Shown in pieces: positions 53,628 through 64,000 of a stretch of DNA of 64,000 nucleotides. The notes under the pieces are model-generated. The model was given only the letters and a program-made list of their open reading frames with translations. It was not told the origin of the DNA and searched no databases. Each line of letters starts with the position of its first letter. Position 1 is the stretch's first letter. The stretch lies in assembly GCA_009103225.1 (NCBI GenBank), contig RHPI01000193.1, positions 678,650 through 742,649 on the forward strand, in the 5' to 3' direction. A program made the translations under genes and the position numbers. The stretch comes from Chlorokybus atmophyticus (taxonomy: Eukaryota > Plantae > Mesostigma and Chlorokybus algae).

Positions 53628-56146
53628 ATGACGCAAAGTGCGCTGTGGAAGCACGTCGACATAATAGAGAAAAAGCCTCATGGCAACTTTCGTGTGAGGT
53701 GTGTTTATTGCGAGCACGAGTGGACAGGAAGTGTTTCACGTATTGGTGCCCATCTGAGTGGTGAACGTGGAGTCACCAAGTGCACAACCCCTCCCGAGGA
53801 GATCGTCTTGCAACTTACACAAGCCAAGAAAGACAAGGAGAAAGAGGGTGAGAAGAGGAGGAGGTTGGACTTGCTAGATCAACTCACATCCGCCATTGGG
53901 GATGCTGGTGCAGGTACTTGAATGCATGCGTGCATGCATTGAAGCTTGGCAAGCAGTGGTGCTGCTCATCACGCATCAAATCAATCACATTGTGCTATAG
54001 ATTCAAGCGCCACCGTTCCTTCTAGTCAACAACAAACTCTTGATGCAACTTTCAAGCGTGGGGATAAAGCGCATGTGGATGAAGCCATTGCTCGGTTTTT
54101 CTTCAGCAATGGCATCCCCTTCAACGTGGCAAGGTCCCCTTACTTTATCGCAGCAATGAAAGCGGTTGGCAAGTTTGGCGCTTCATATACCCCTCCCTCA
54201 TCCGAGGCGCTTCGCACAACCTTGTTGGAAAAGGAGTATGCTAGGGTGAATGGCGAACTTGCAGTCATCAAGGACTCAACACGAGAAACCTCATGCACAA
54301 TTGCTAGCGATGGATGGTCGGACACGTCCAACCGTCCATTGTTGAATGTGCTCATGGTGAGTCCTAAAGGAGAAGTTTTTCTTCAAGCAATCAACACGGA
54401 AGGGAAGGAGAAGACGGCGGAGTATGTATCCGAGCAGCTGATCTCCACCATTGATGAAGTAAGTGGTGCACTCGTTCATTGCCATTATAGATTGTGTACA
54501 CAACCATGCTAAGTAACACATGCAAGCACTGACTGGCAGCACTTTATGAGCACATGCATCACACGCGCATGCTCATGCTCGCACCCGACACAAGTACGCA
54601 TGCGTGTGACACATGCATGCACTGACTGGCAGCACTTTGTGAGCACATGCATTACACGCGCATGCTCATGCTCGCACACAACACAAGTACTTATGCGTGT
54701 GACACATGCACGCACTGACTGGCAGCACTTTGTGAGCACATGCATCACACACGCATGCTCATACACGCACACAACACAAGTACTTATGTGTGTAACTTGC
54801 AGGTGGGGTCCGCGAATGTGATACAAGTTGTCATGGACAATGCAAGCGTGTGCGTAGCTGCTGCACGTCTGATCACTAGCGAATACCCGCACATCACATG
54901 GACGCCGTGCACCGCGCATTGCTTGGACTTATTGCTTGAGGATATAGGCAAGTTGGAGTGGGTTAAAAGCGTGGTGGCTGATGGCAAACGCATAGTGAAG
55001 TTCATTACCAACCACCATCGTTCCTTGGCCATCTTCCGCTCCAAAGCCAAGCTAGAGCTGCTCAAGCCAGGTGAAATAGCATGCGTGCATGTGTGTAGTT
55101 AGAGATCAACTTAGTACAAGCGCAAGATTAATGGTAGACAGCAACCATGTGAAATTGCAGCTGATTGCCCGCGCATGCATGCATGCTCATGTCATGCGCG
55201 TGCTTGTTTGCTCATAGCTACTTGTTGTGCAGGAGATACTCGCTTCGCAACGTCATTCATAACTCTTGCAAGGCTAGTCGAGGTCAAAGACGCTCTCGAC
55301 GAGGTGGTGGTGAGCAGGGACTGGAAGGCTTGGGCCGACAAGGGTGTGCATAAGCAAGAAGCTGCTGCAGTCAGAGCGTTGATCTTGGCACCAGATTTCT
55401 GGTCACAAGTGGCATTAGTGAATGCGGTGTCGGCCCCCATCGTGGATCTGCTGCGTTTGGTTGATGGGAACTTGCCCACCATAGGCAAAGTGTACGCCAA
55501 GATGTTTCGTGTTGGCGACCAGCTCAAGCATCTGAAGGGCATGACTGAACAACAACGACTTGATGTGCGCGCCTGTTGGAGGGACAGGTGGATCATGCTG
55601 CATAGTGACATGCATGCAGCAGGCTATGTGCTGGATCCCGAATATTGGGGTCATGAGCAGCACACCAATGAGGAAGTTATGGAAGGCTTTGCAACGATGG
55701 TGGAGAGGGTCCTGCAGTCCCATGACAAGGTTGACTTGGCGTTGCAACAGCTACACATGTACCGAAGTAAGATGGGGCTGTTCGGCAAAGAGGCAGTGCA
55801 ACGAGCGGCTCTCACAATGCCCGCGCATGCTTGGTGGCACATGTATGGTGGTAGTGTACCCGAGTTGCAGCAGCTAGCGATGCGCGTGTTGGCTCAACCA
55901 TCATCAGCTTGTAGCTGTGAGAGATCCTGGAGCACGTACGACTTCATCCACTCAAAGAGAAGGAATCGGCTGCAAGCACGCAGGGCAGAGAAGTTGGTGT
56001 TTGTCTTCACCAACTTGAGGCAGCTGAAGAAGATCCACAACCCACATTATGTGCAGGAGTTTGTTGAGTGGGAGGCAGACTCTGATGTGGACGTGTTGTC
56101 TAGTAATGATGATGAGGGGGGCGAGTCTGATGATTACTCGGTGTAA
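53628..56146 (+). CDS. hAT transposase (BED finger, DUF659-type DDE core, dimerisation domain), 4 exons, 641 aa
   Basis: Exons 53628-53913, 54001-54458, 54803-55070, 55233-56146 = 1926 nt, open. WKH...CVYC...HL...C; SDGW; VMDNA; CTAHCLDL; TRF; YVLDP; SACSCERSWS; SKRRNRL. Confidence 0.93.
54517..54790. repeat. 3 x 93-bp minisatellite filling transposase intron 2
   Basis: gactggcagcacttt recurs at 54531, 54624 and 54717. Confidence 0.9.
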
Positions 56147-57569
56147 CTAGGCAGACACATGTGATGGGCTATGTCTGCACACATGCTTCGCTGTAACATA
56201 GTGTTCTCTGCTCATTGTTTACTGTTGTGCACATGTACGCAAGTAGCATGCTTGATGCTCGTGAAGCAACACGACAAAACTGCCACTGTAGCGTACTGCC
56301 ACGTACTGGCATAAATGGGTACATGTATGTACGCGTACACCACCGCTCACGTACTAAACGCGTACTGTGTACCATGTGACCATGCATGCCACTGGTATGA
56401 TATGATGTCGTACACCCCTTGACTAAGCACATTATGTTTCATTGTATATGATTTATATAATATAAATCCTATACGTGTGCACATGTAACTGTCACCCTTC
56501 TCGCTCGTACACACGCGCTGTAAATTACAAGTTTTATCACAAGCTTTGCTATTCCCATGATGGCTTTAAGAGTCTCTTACCAATACAAAGCCTAAGCAAT
56601 TGTAAAAGAACCAACAAGTCAATCGAAACAAATGGAGCATATTTGACTTTACAATTGGTTCGCCTGCATATCATATACCATGGATAAGAGCAATAAAGGA
56701 TGCTGCAAGAACTGATTCATCGATGGATAATAACCTACTCAGCTAAGGTGTAGTGATTGCATAGTGCAAGCAGTCAAGCAATGGATGCGTAACACTTTGC
56801 ACATGTACGTGGACTCGAGTGTATCGGCTACACTTGAGGAAAGCCATCGTGCATATGCAAGCATTGTGAGTCTGAGCTTATGTGACATAAGCTAAAACTC
56901 ACAGTATGGTAGAATAGCTAAGTGACTCTAGTTTCACTTCGACACTCACTGCCATACTATACAAATGTGTCTACCTAATTTGATCGTCGTGAAGCTACAA
57001 CCTACAAACACAACATGAAATCGCGTCATTGTTGCGCTTGTCTTGCTGCTACGTGCCGAGCTTCCCATCATTATGTTTGCAATCACTTTGAACAGTCTGG
57101 TTGCTGGCAGCAATTGGTCTTCCGCCTACCACGTTGTGCAGACTAGTGCAATTTGCTGTCAAGCAATGTAATCGATAGAAGTTGGAGTCCATGATGTGTG
57201 TGGATTGGTAAGAAGAGTTGAAGGTCATTCATTCATTGAGGGGCAGTCACATGAGAAAGGCTAGTGCACTGCGTGTAGTGGCAAACGCACAGCGTATTGC
57301 TATCATCACGCAACAACACAAGTGAAGCCCTCACACAGCTACGTTCGACAGGTGCCATTGCAGTCAGCAAGGGAAAAGCTAGCATGTCCGTATGCGTGTG
57401 TTTTGGATCAGCAAAACACTGCAGCAACTGTACATGCAGTGGCCAGAGAAAGCAACATTTCGTGTTGGCTACTGCCAACGCGAGTGAATGAGTTAACTAT
57501 GTACACCAAGGATTGGTGATTGGAAAAATGTGACACAACGGATACAATCACCCTAAGAGCGCGCCTAAT

Positions 57570-59786
57570 TCACGTGGAACCTAGCATAACAATAATAGTA
57601 ACGCCGCCCGCGACACTGCTTCTGGACGCGGGTGATGACGACCCCGCTTGGTGCCAGCAGTAACTGCCGGTGCCCCCGAACAGTAACAGCATCAGCACCA
57701 GGCACAGAGGGGTAAGACACCACGTAAGTGCCATCTTGTCTTTGTCCCAGCGGGGCTTCTGTGCCTTGGCAGCGATCTGCATGAGCACACACGCGCGTTT
57801 ACGTGAAACGTGTATGCCTGGATGCAGATGCATGCGGTTGCTACGGTGTGCTGGCACTCAGAGAGAACCCATGATGGATGGATGCCAGTCCATACCAGCA
57901 TGGCGCATGGGAGCGAGATAATGTGCGGGCCAAGCAGGGACGCTGCGACGATGATGGCCTTCTTGAGCTCATGCAACTGCCAAACAACAACCCTGGTGGT
58001 GTCAAGTACACAACATCGTGGATGAGTTGGTGCATGCATCTGTGCAGGTGCGTGCGAGCGAGCGTGCATGCGTGTGCGGGTGTGTCTGCACTCACGCATG
58101 GTATGCAACCCTGCTGCACATGCATGATGCTTGTTACCGATGACCAGCATCTGAAGAGCTGTCCAGCTGAAGTGAACATCCCGCCCTCATCCCACACAAT
58201 GAAGAGGACGCAGAGTAACACGAGTGCGCCACAAGCTTTGAGGCAGCTGCACTGAGGGTATATCTTATTGCACAGCGGAACCCAATACTGCGAGATGGAC
58301 GTGCCGCTGTACACACACCACAACCATCACCTTGGTGCTGCAAGATTCAGTTGAGCAGTGGTGTTGTTCGCGCCTGCCGCGGTGGCGTTGCTGCTGCCGG
58401 AACTCTCTTTCTTGCTTGAAGCGAACAGTGTTACGTCCACCGTGCCAATGTTGGCAACTATCTGCCCACATATGTCGCACTTGCGTGTTTTGCGCTTGGC
58501 GAGCCAGCCCAACGCGCACACGTAGTGCGCGTTGGGCTGGCTCGCCAACCGCCATGCTGCCACGGCACCGCACCTGCGCGTGTGCATACATCAACATGTG
58601 CTCCTGCGCGTGTGCATACATGTGCGCTCGCATGGACTCGAGAAAAGGGACACATGTGTGCATATTCCACTGGTAGGCACATTTGCTTGTACGAGTGTGC
58701 CTGTTTGCAGGACATGTACGCACATGCGCAGCCTTGGAGTTTGCACACTACTTACCTCAGCTGCGTAGGGCTTGTAGCGCATTCGCCCGCTGGCTTGGCG
58801 CAGTGCGGCCCGCACGCCATGAAGTGCCTCAGGTCAAGCCCTTCCTCCTGCGCGTGTGTGTGAATGTCGTGTGTACACACTCACATGACCTTGGCCACAA
58901 CAACAGCACTGCGGGCACCTGCAGGGACTGTATTGCTGCGTGCGGCATCAGCGAGGCAGGTTCGCACCCTTCGAGGTCCACACCAAGACATATGCGGCAA
59001 GGGAGGTAGTTGGCCTGCACGGTGTTGTGTTGTGTCTCGGTACTCAACAATGCACGCTTTAAGCATAATTTCATTTCGCATGCAGCTTAGCACGTTGCAG
59101 TCAGCAGGTGAAAAGTAATGCAACCCTTGACACACGCATGCATGCACACGCAAAAGCATCTGCGCATCACAATGCGTGTTACGGACATGGTGGTGTACGC
59201 TGCAAAGCTATGAGCATGACTTGTGTGTCTAGACTCTCGACGGGTGCATGTAGCTAGCATTGTCTTGCCCACATTTGGTTCAACCATGACATACGTCTTG
59301 TGGTAGTAAACAGTCTCAACTTGGGGACTGTGTGTGACCACAAGAAGACATCACAAAAAACGGCTGATGCAGCCACACGGCAGTGGAGGCATAAGTCATC
59401 AGCAAGGCACAATGCACTGTCTGCTGCAGCCGTTGTGCCTGTGGACGGGCATGTGGACGTGTGTTTGTGCAATCATGCAGCTGTGTGTAGCTGTGCATAT
59501 GCATCCCACCCTACCTTGTGTGCACCTTGCTCTGCTCAGAGTTTTCAGCCTCCTTGCTGTCCTGCGCCTCCTTGCCGCTGGAAGCAGCGGCGGCGGCAGT
59601 AGCGGCGGCGGCGTGCACCTCGCCAGCATGGATGTTGTCGCCTGCAGGCGTCTGGGGGCGGACGGCGGCGCTGCTGAGGGGTTCGTCCTGCGTTGGCAGC
59701 ATGTCGATGGTGTCGTGGTTGTCGTGGTTGTCAATGACGACAACAACGCTGTTGCTGCACCCCTCCGCCACTTCATCCTCGCCCAT
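57570..59786 (-). CDS. RING-CH (MARCH-like) copy 2; ORF open but one RING zinc ligand lost
   Basis: Paralogue of copy 1 (MGEDEVAEG..., CRICLGVDLEG..., HYVCALGW...CDIC, TM exons). The CGC motif reads CGA after compensating indels. The last donor site is uncertain. Confidence 0.65.
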
Positions 59787-59803
59787 GATGTTGGGGTATA
59801 GAC

Positions 59804-59856
<53 letters not shown>

Positions 59857-60438
59857 ATGTTGCGTGTCTGAGTGAGAGCTTAGCGGCGTGCTTTCTTATT
59901 GGTCTGACGGTGGAGGAATCTCTCCTTCTGTGCAGATTCCCTGTGTCAGAGAGATCTCTCACTGACACAAGCGCCCACACACCCAGACTTTTGTTTAAAC
60001 CGCTTGCCATGCGCATGGATAATTGATGGATACCGTTTCATTCTACATGAAGGCAGCTGCACACATTGCAGGCATCTACATACGCTCCAGGGCATAATGA
60101 TATTGGAAAAGGAGAATGGAGCTTGGCCGAAATCACTCATCCTCTATGCGGCTAAGATGCATAAAGCTATGTCGACAATAAACAGTTGTTGAGCGTCTTT
60201 CATTAACTATTCACGCAAAAACTTGCACTCGAGTTATGCTACACGATTACTTGTATTTCGTATAACGAGTGCAAAGCATTTGCAATACCGACTTACAAAA
60301 GCAAGTTACATACCGACACATTTACAAAACCACACAAATACCTTGCATGTTGCATTTCCAATACAAAAGGCGTTTAGATATTATTTATCACCACACAGAT
60401 TAAAGGCCCCACACGGGGGCGGAAGAGGGGGGGGGGGG

Positions 60439-60565
60439 NNNNNNNNNNNNNNNNNNNNNNNNNNNNNNNNNNNNNNNNNNNNNNNNNNNNNNNNNNNNNN
60501 NNNNNNNNNNNNNNNNNNNNNNNNNNNNNNNNNNNNNNNNNNNNNNNNNNNNNNNNNNNNNNNNN
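60439..60565. other. Assembly gap (127 N) flanked by poly-G runs
   Basis: 12 G before and 31 G after the N run. Confidence 0.98.
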
Positions 60566-60597
<32 letters not shown>

Positions 60598-62329
60598 AGC
60601 AAGCCTATGTATATATGTATACTTACGGCGATAGTGATAGTATCAGCCTGAACCCTATAACCAATAAAAGCCTTCAATTACAAGCTTGCAAATCTCGCAA
60701 TGTTGATTTTATTGTTGCTTGTGTTTAAACATTGCTACGTTGTAGACACAAAACAACGCATCAATATCGGCATCCATAAATAAAGTGTATAGATTTCAAT
60801 GTCTTAAGTGCTTGCTTAGCACGTGTGTTACTTTGTGTATCACCTTTTTCATCTCTCCCTTCCTCGTTATTCTCTTCCTGGAGGAGATCGTAATGTTATA
60901 GAATTATATCTCATCATTAATTATAATGTAATAACGACATTATAATGGTCATCTGCAACACATGCTCCCCGAATAAAAAACCCCGTAAACAAATACAGCC
61001 CCCCTTGGCTCACTTCCATTGAGAGACTTCTTTAGTGAAGAGGGGGTAACAGCACGCTCATATTGCAATCACATGACGGTGTCCACATAGCCAATTATGC
61101 CGCTACTATAGCCTTGTTTAGGGCCCTTGAAAGCTTTTTAAATACCGACATGGGCCTTGCACTTTTTCATTATGTGAGAAGTCGCCGCAATCGGGATGTT
61201 TACGCTAGTTGATCAGCTATTTACGTGCTAGCCATAAGCAAGCCTTACAACAACGGTATATGAGGGTTGCAAACCATGCACGTGCATGGTGCACACATAC
61301 GCTCATGCACGTGCATGGTCGCTCGTGTACTCACATGCATAGCTACATGAACTATCAACTGATGAGACTAACATGATCGTTGCCTACAGTTGCATGAGCC
61401 TATCATATTTGGCCCAAAACGCCTGCCAGATTTCGGGCCGCCCTCGCCCTTAAACACCCAACAGAATTGAGCTTGCAGGCAGCGTTGTAATCACTTATCA
61501 ATCCATTGCAGGACTCATCCGGTGCAACGGGCATTTCAAAGACGGAAGTTGTTGAGAGTTGTCAAGTGTTTTTATTGGTAGATAGGCATGCGGCTTGGGT
61601 CACCCTAAGAAAGAAATACAATCACGGTGATTGTATTTATCGTGCATCTGTAGATCAATCGTTTATACTTCTACCAATACGCGCGAGTGTCCGGATCACG
61701 CACTCCCAATGGCATGCGTGGCTATGACAAGGATAAAGACACCATATCTGTTTCCCAGCTAATCTGTCCAAAAAGTTCCGAGCTGTCCTCCTCAGGCATA
61801 TCAATGTGAACTTGTATGACTTATGCATCGAATGCACATAACCTAGCTTATGTGTGATTGTATAGCTGTTGTTGTCTTTTCGCGGGGTGTTGCATTAGGA
61901 AGTGGCATTCTCTATGTCTATGAGGTGTACATATAATGCAAGATAATGGGAGATCATGCACGACACATGCAATCCACAACAACATGTGCAACATGCAGCT
62001 CACACCTTTGGCGCACCATACGTAGACCACAGGGCTACTCTACCCATTTCGCTCAATTCCAACCTTCTTGTAATCACACTTGTGTTACGCACATCCTTGA
62101 TGTAAGCACAAGTTTTCGGAGAATTAACGTGCACTAGGCAAATCACCCCCCTATTCAAGCACCATCACACCAAATGTAAGCACCATCTATAACTGCCTTT
62201 AGTGATTACAAAGAGGGCAACCAAGTTACAGTGCATTAATCACACGTGCATTGCTGTGTACACAATTGCATATACATATGTACAATATACATGTTATGTG
62301 CACGAAGATCGTGCACATAACCCATATCT

Positions 62330-62820
62330 TCGTGCTACGTACATGCATGTGCAAATACATACATACGTAAACAAGTATATACTCATAGTATATGTATATG
62401 TGCACATAGATTGTTAAATGTAACAAACCCTCAGGGCACACCTTACACACACACATATATATATAGAGAGAGAGAGAGACACACATACATACATACATAC
62501 ATATATTTATATGCATATATAAATGTATATATATATATGTATACATATACATAGACATAGACAAGTATGTGTATATATATATGTATTTGTATATGTATTA
62601 AAGTAGTGTATACATATATATATATGTATACAAGTAGTGTATATGTATATATACATGTGTATACATACATATGTGTGTGTACTATAATATCTATTCTATG
62701 TATACTGTAATATAGATTTGTATGCATATAAACACCTATATACATACCTGTGTACAGAGACATATATACAGATGTGCATATATATTTGTATGCATTGCTA
62801 CATATAAGTATATAGTCATG
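62330..62820. repeat. (TA)n/(TACA)n low-complexity region
   Basis: atatatat, acatacatac and gagaga runs. Confidence 0.85.
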
Positions 62821-63468
62821 TAGCTGATTCTCTCGACCTGAGCACAGGATGTGCTTAGAACGAGGTAAACCTCGCACCAGTCACAATGTGCCACACCTCG
62901 CTGTAAGCACAAAGTGTTGGGTAGTCCACGATGTGCTTAAATCAAGGGCAGGTTGTACTTACACTATTACTAACAACGTGAGGACCCGTTAGCCATGTCA
63001 ATCAGTGCATGCATGCGGTACCTGCAATAGACACGAGCGTATGTCTGTTGGCTTATTGTGTTCTGACTTGCATGCGGCCTTGCTTTGAGTGTTTCTATGG
63101 CGCAGATCTATGCAACCTCGTGGGTGCGGTTTGCCATAGTGTTGTTGCCCACATTGTTTGCAGGAGAGAAAGGCAACTGCATTGCGTCTTGGGAAAGGGA
63201 TTGACTGCATTACGCACGCAACAACAGCAGAGGTGAAGCCTTCTATCAGCTACATATGACAGTTACCACCACGGTAGTCAACAGGTCTAATCTAGCAGCC
63301 GAGCGTATGCGTGTGTCTTGGATCAGCAAAACACTGCAGCAACTAGTAGTGTTCAACTGAATAACTATCAAGCGTCGGTAGTAGCCAACGCGAATGACTC
63401 CAACTCTATACACGAACAAAGATGAGTATATGTGTACAATGTATACAATCACCCCGAGCGTGCCAAAC

Positions 63469-64000
63469 TTAGGCACACTTTTGGGTTGAACCTAAGATGA
63501 CAATAATAATGTGTGCGGCCTCGTCACTGTAGTTATTTGATGAGGGCGACAACGACCCGCATTGGTGCTAGCAGTATTTGCTGGTGCCTGATAACATCAT
63601 CAGCAGCACCACTAGGCACACAGGCATAACATTCCACGCATTTACCATCCTGTCCTTGGTCCGGGGGAGACACTTTGCCTTGGCAGAAATCTGCATGAGC
63701 TCACACACATGGAAGGCGCTTGAGCACGCACGCACACACGCACGCATGTTTTACGTGAGCATGTATGCATGCACGCAGATGCAGTTGTGCCGTTTTTGGT
63801 ACTGCGAGATAGAGAACCCATGATGATGGATGCCAGCGCATACCAGAATGATGCAGGGGATGGAGATAATGTGCAGGCTTAGCAGGGACGCTGCGACGAT
63901 GATAGCCTTCTTGGGCTCATGCAACTGCAAGCACACAACGGCGGATGAACTGATTGGTCTCCCTGGCTTATTATTGTGCACGTATGCCCGTTTGCGAGCG
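63469..64000 (-). pseudogene. RING-CH copy 3, 3' exons only (5' part outside window), with premature stop
   Basis: QLHEPKKAIIVAASLLSLHIIS exon and last exon ISAKAK... match copies 1 and 2. The conserved YCW reads YC-TAG at 63568-63570. Confidence 0.65.

Larger units (their letters stand above)
53172..56384 (+). mobile_element. Complete hAT DNA transposon
   Basis: 16-bp TIRs catggtcacaaggtac (53172-53187) and gtaccatgtgaccatg (56369-56384), one mismatch; 8-bp TSD catgccac at 53164-53171 and 56385-56392; subterminal tacgc repeats and a hairpin at ~53230-53340. Confidence 0.96.

Noticed and set aside
60427-60596. Biological poly-G or G-quadruplex element
   Set aside because: Flanks an N gap and is typical of sequencing dropout; true length unknown.

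Overview
Eukaryotic, intron-rich nuclear DNA, most likely a flagellate-stage green alga of the streptophyte lineage (inference from phytocyanins, plastid-type PYD1, a CEP290-like gene and a Ty3/Gypsy chromovirus). Almost all ORFs in the supplied track are artefacts of (GT/CA)n introns, so gene models were spliced by hand. Left to right: an 11-exon secreted phytocyanin-like/AGP protein carrying two copies of a ~140-aa domain I cannot assign to a family (188-3482 +); a compact CEP290-like coiled-coil gene with a DZIP1-like N-terminus (-); a tandem array aquaporin1(+) / decayed Gypsy + palindrome array / phytocyanin pseudogene(-) / aquaporin2(+) / intact phytocyanin(-) / aquaporin3 pseudogene(+); ATP-PEPCK with a long N-terminal extension; OMA1-like M48 peptidase; PYD1; a DCAF8-like WD40 gene; and three diverging RING-CH (MARCH-like) paralogues interleaved with a 557-bp (CT)n tract, a complete hAT transposon (TIRs, 8-bp TSD, intact 641-aa transposase) and an assembly gap. 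No rRNA, tRNA or CRISPR array found. Best leads: the unassigned repeated domain, the head-to-head phytocyanin-aquaporin cassette with reciprocal gene loss, the F-N-A-R aquaporin filter, the DZIP1/CEP290 hybrid architecture and the palindrome array beside the LTR.
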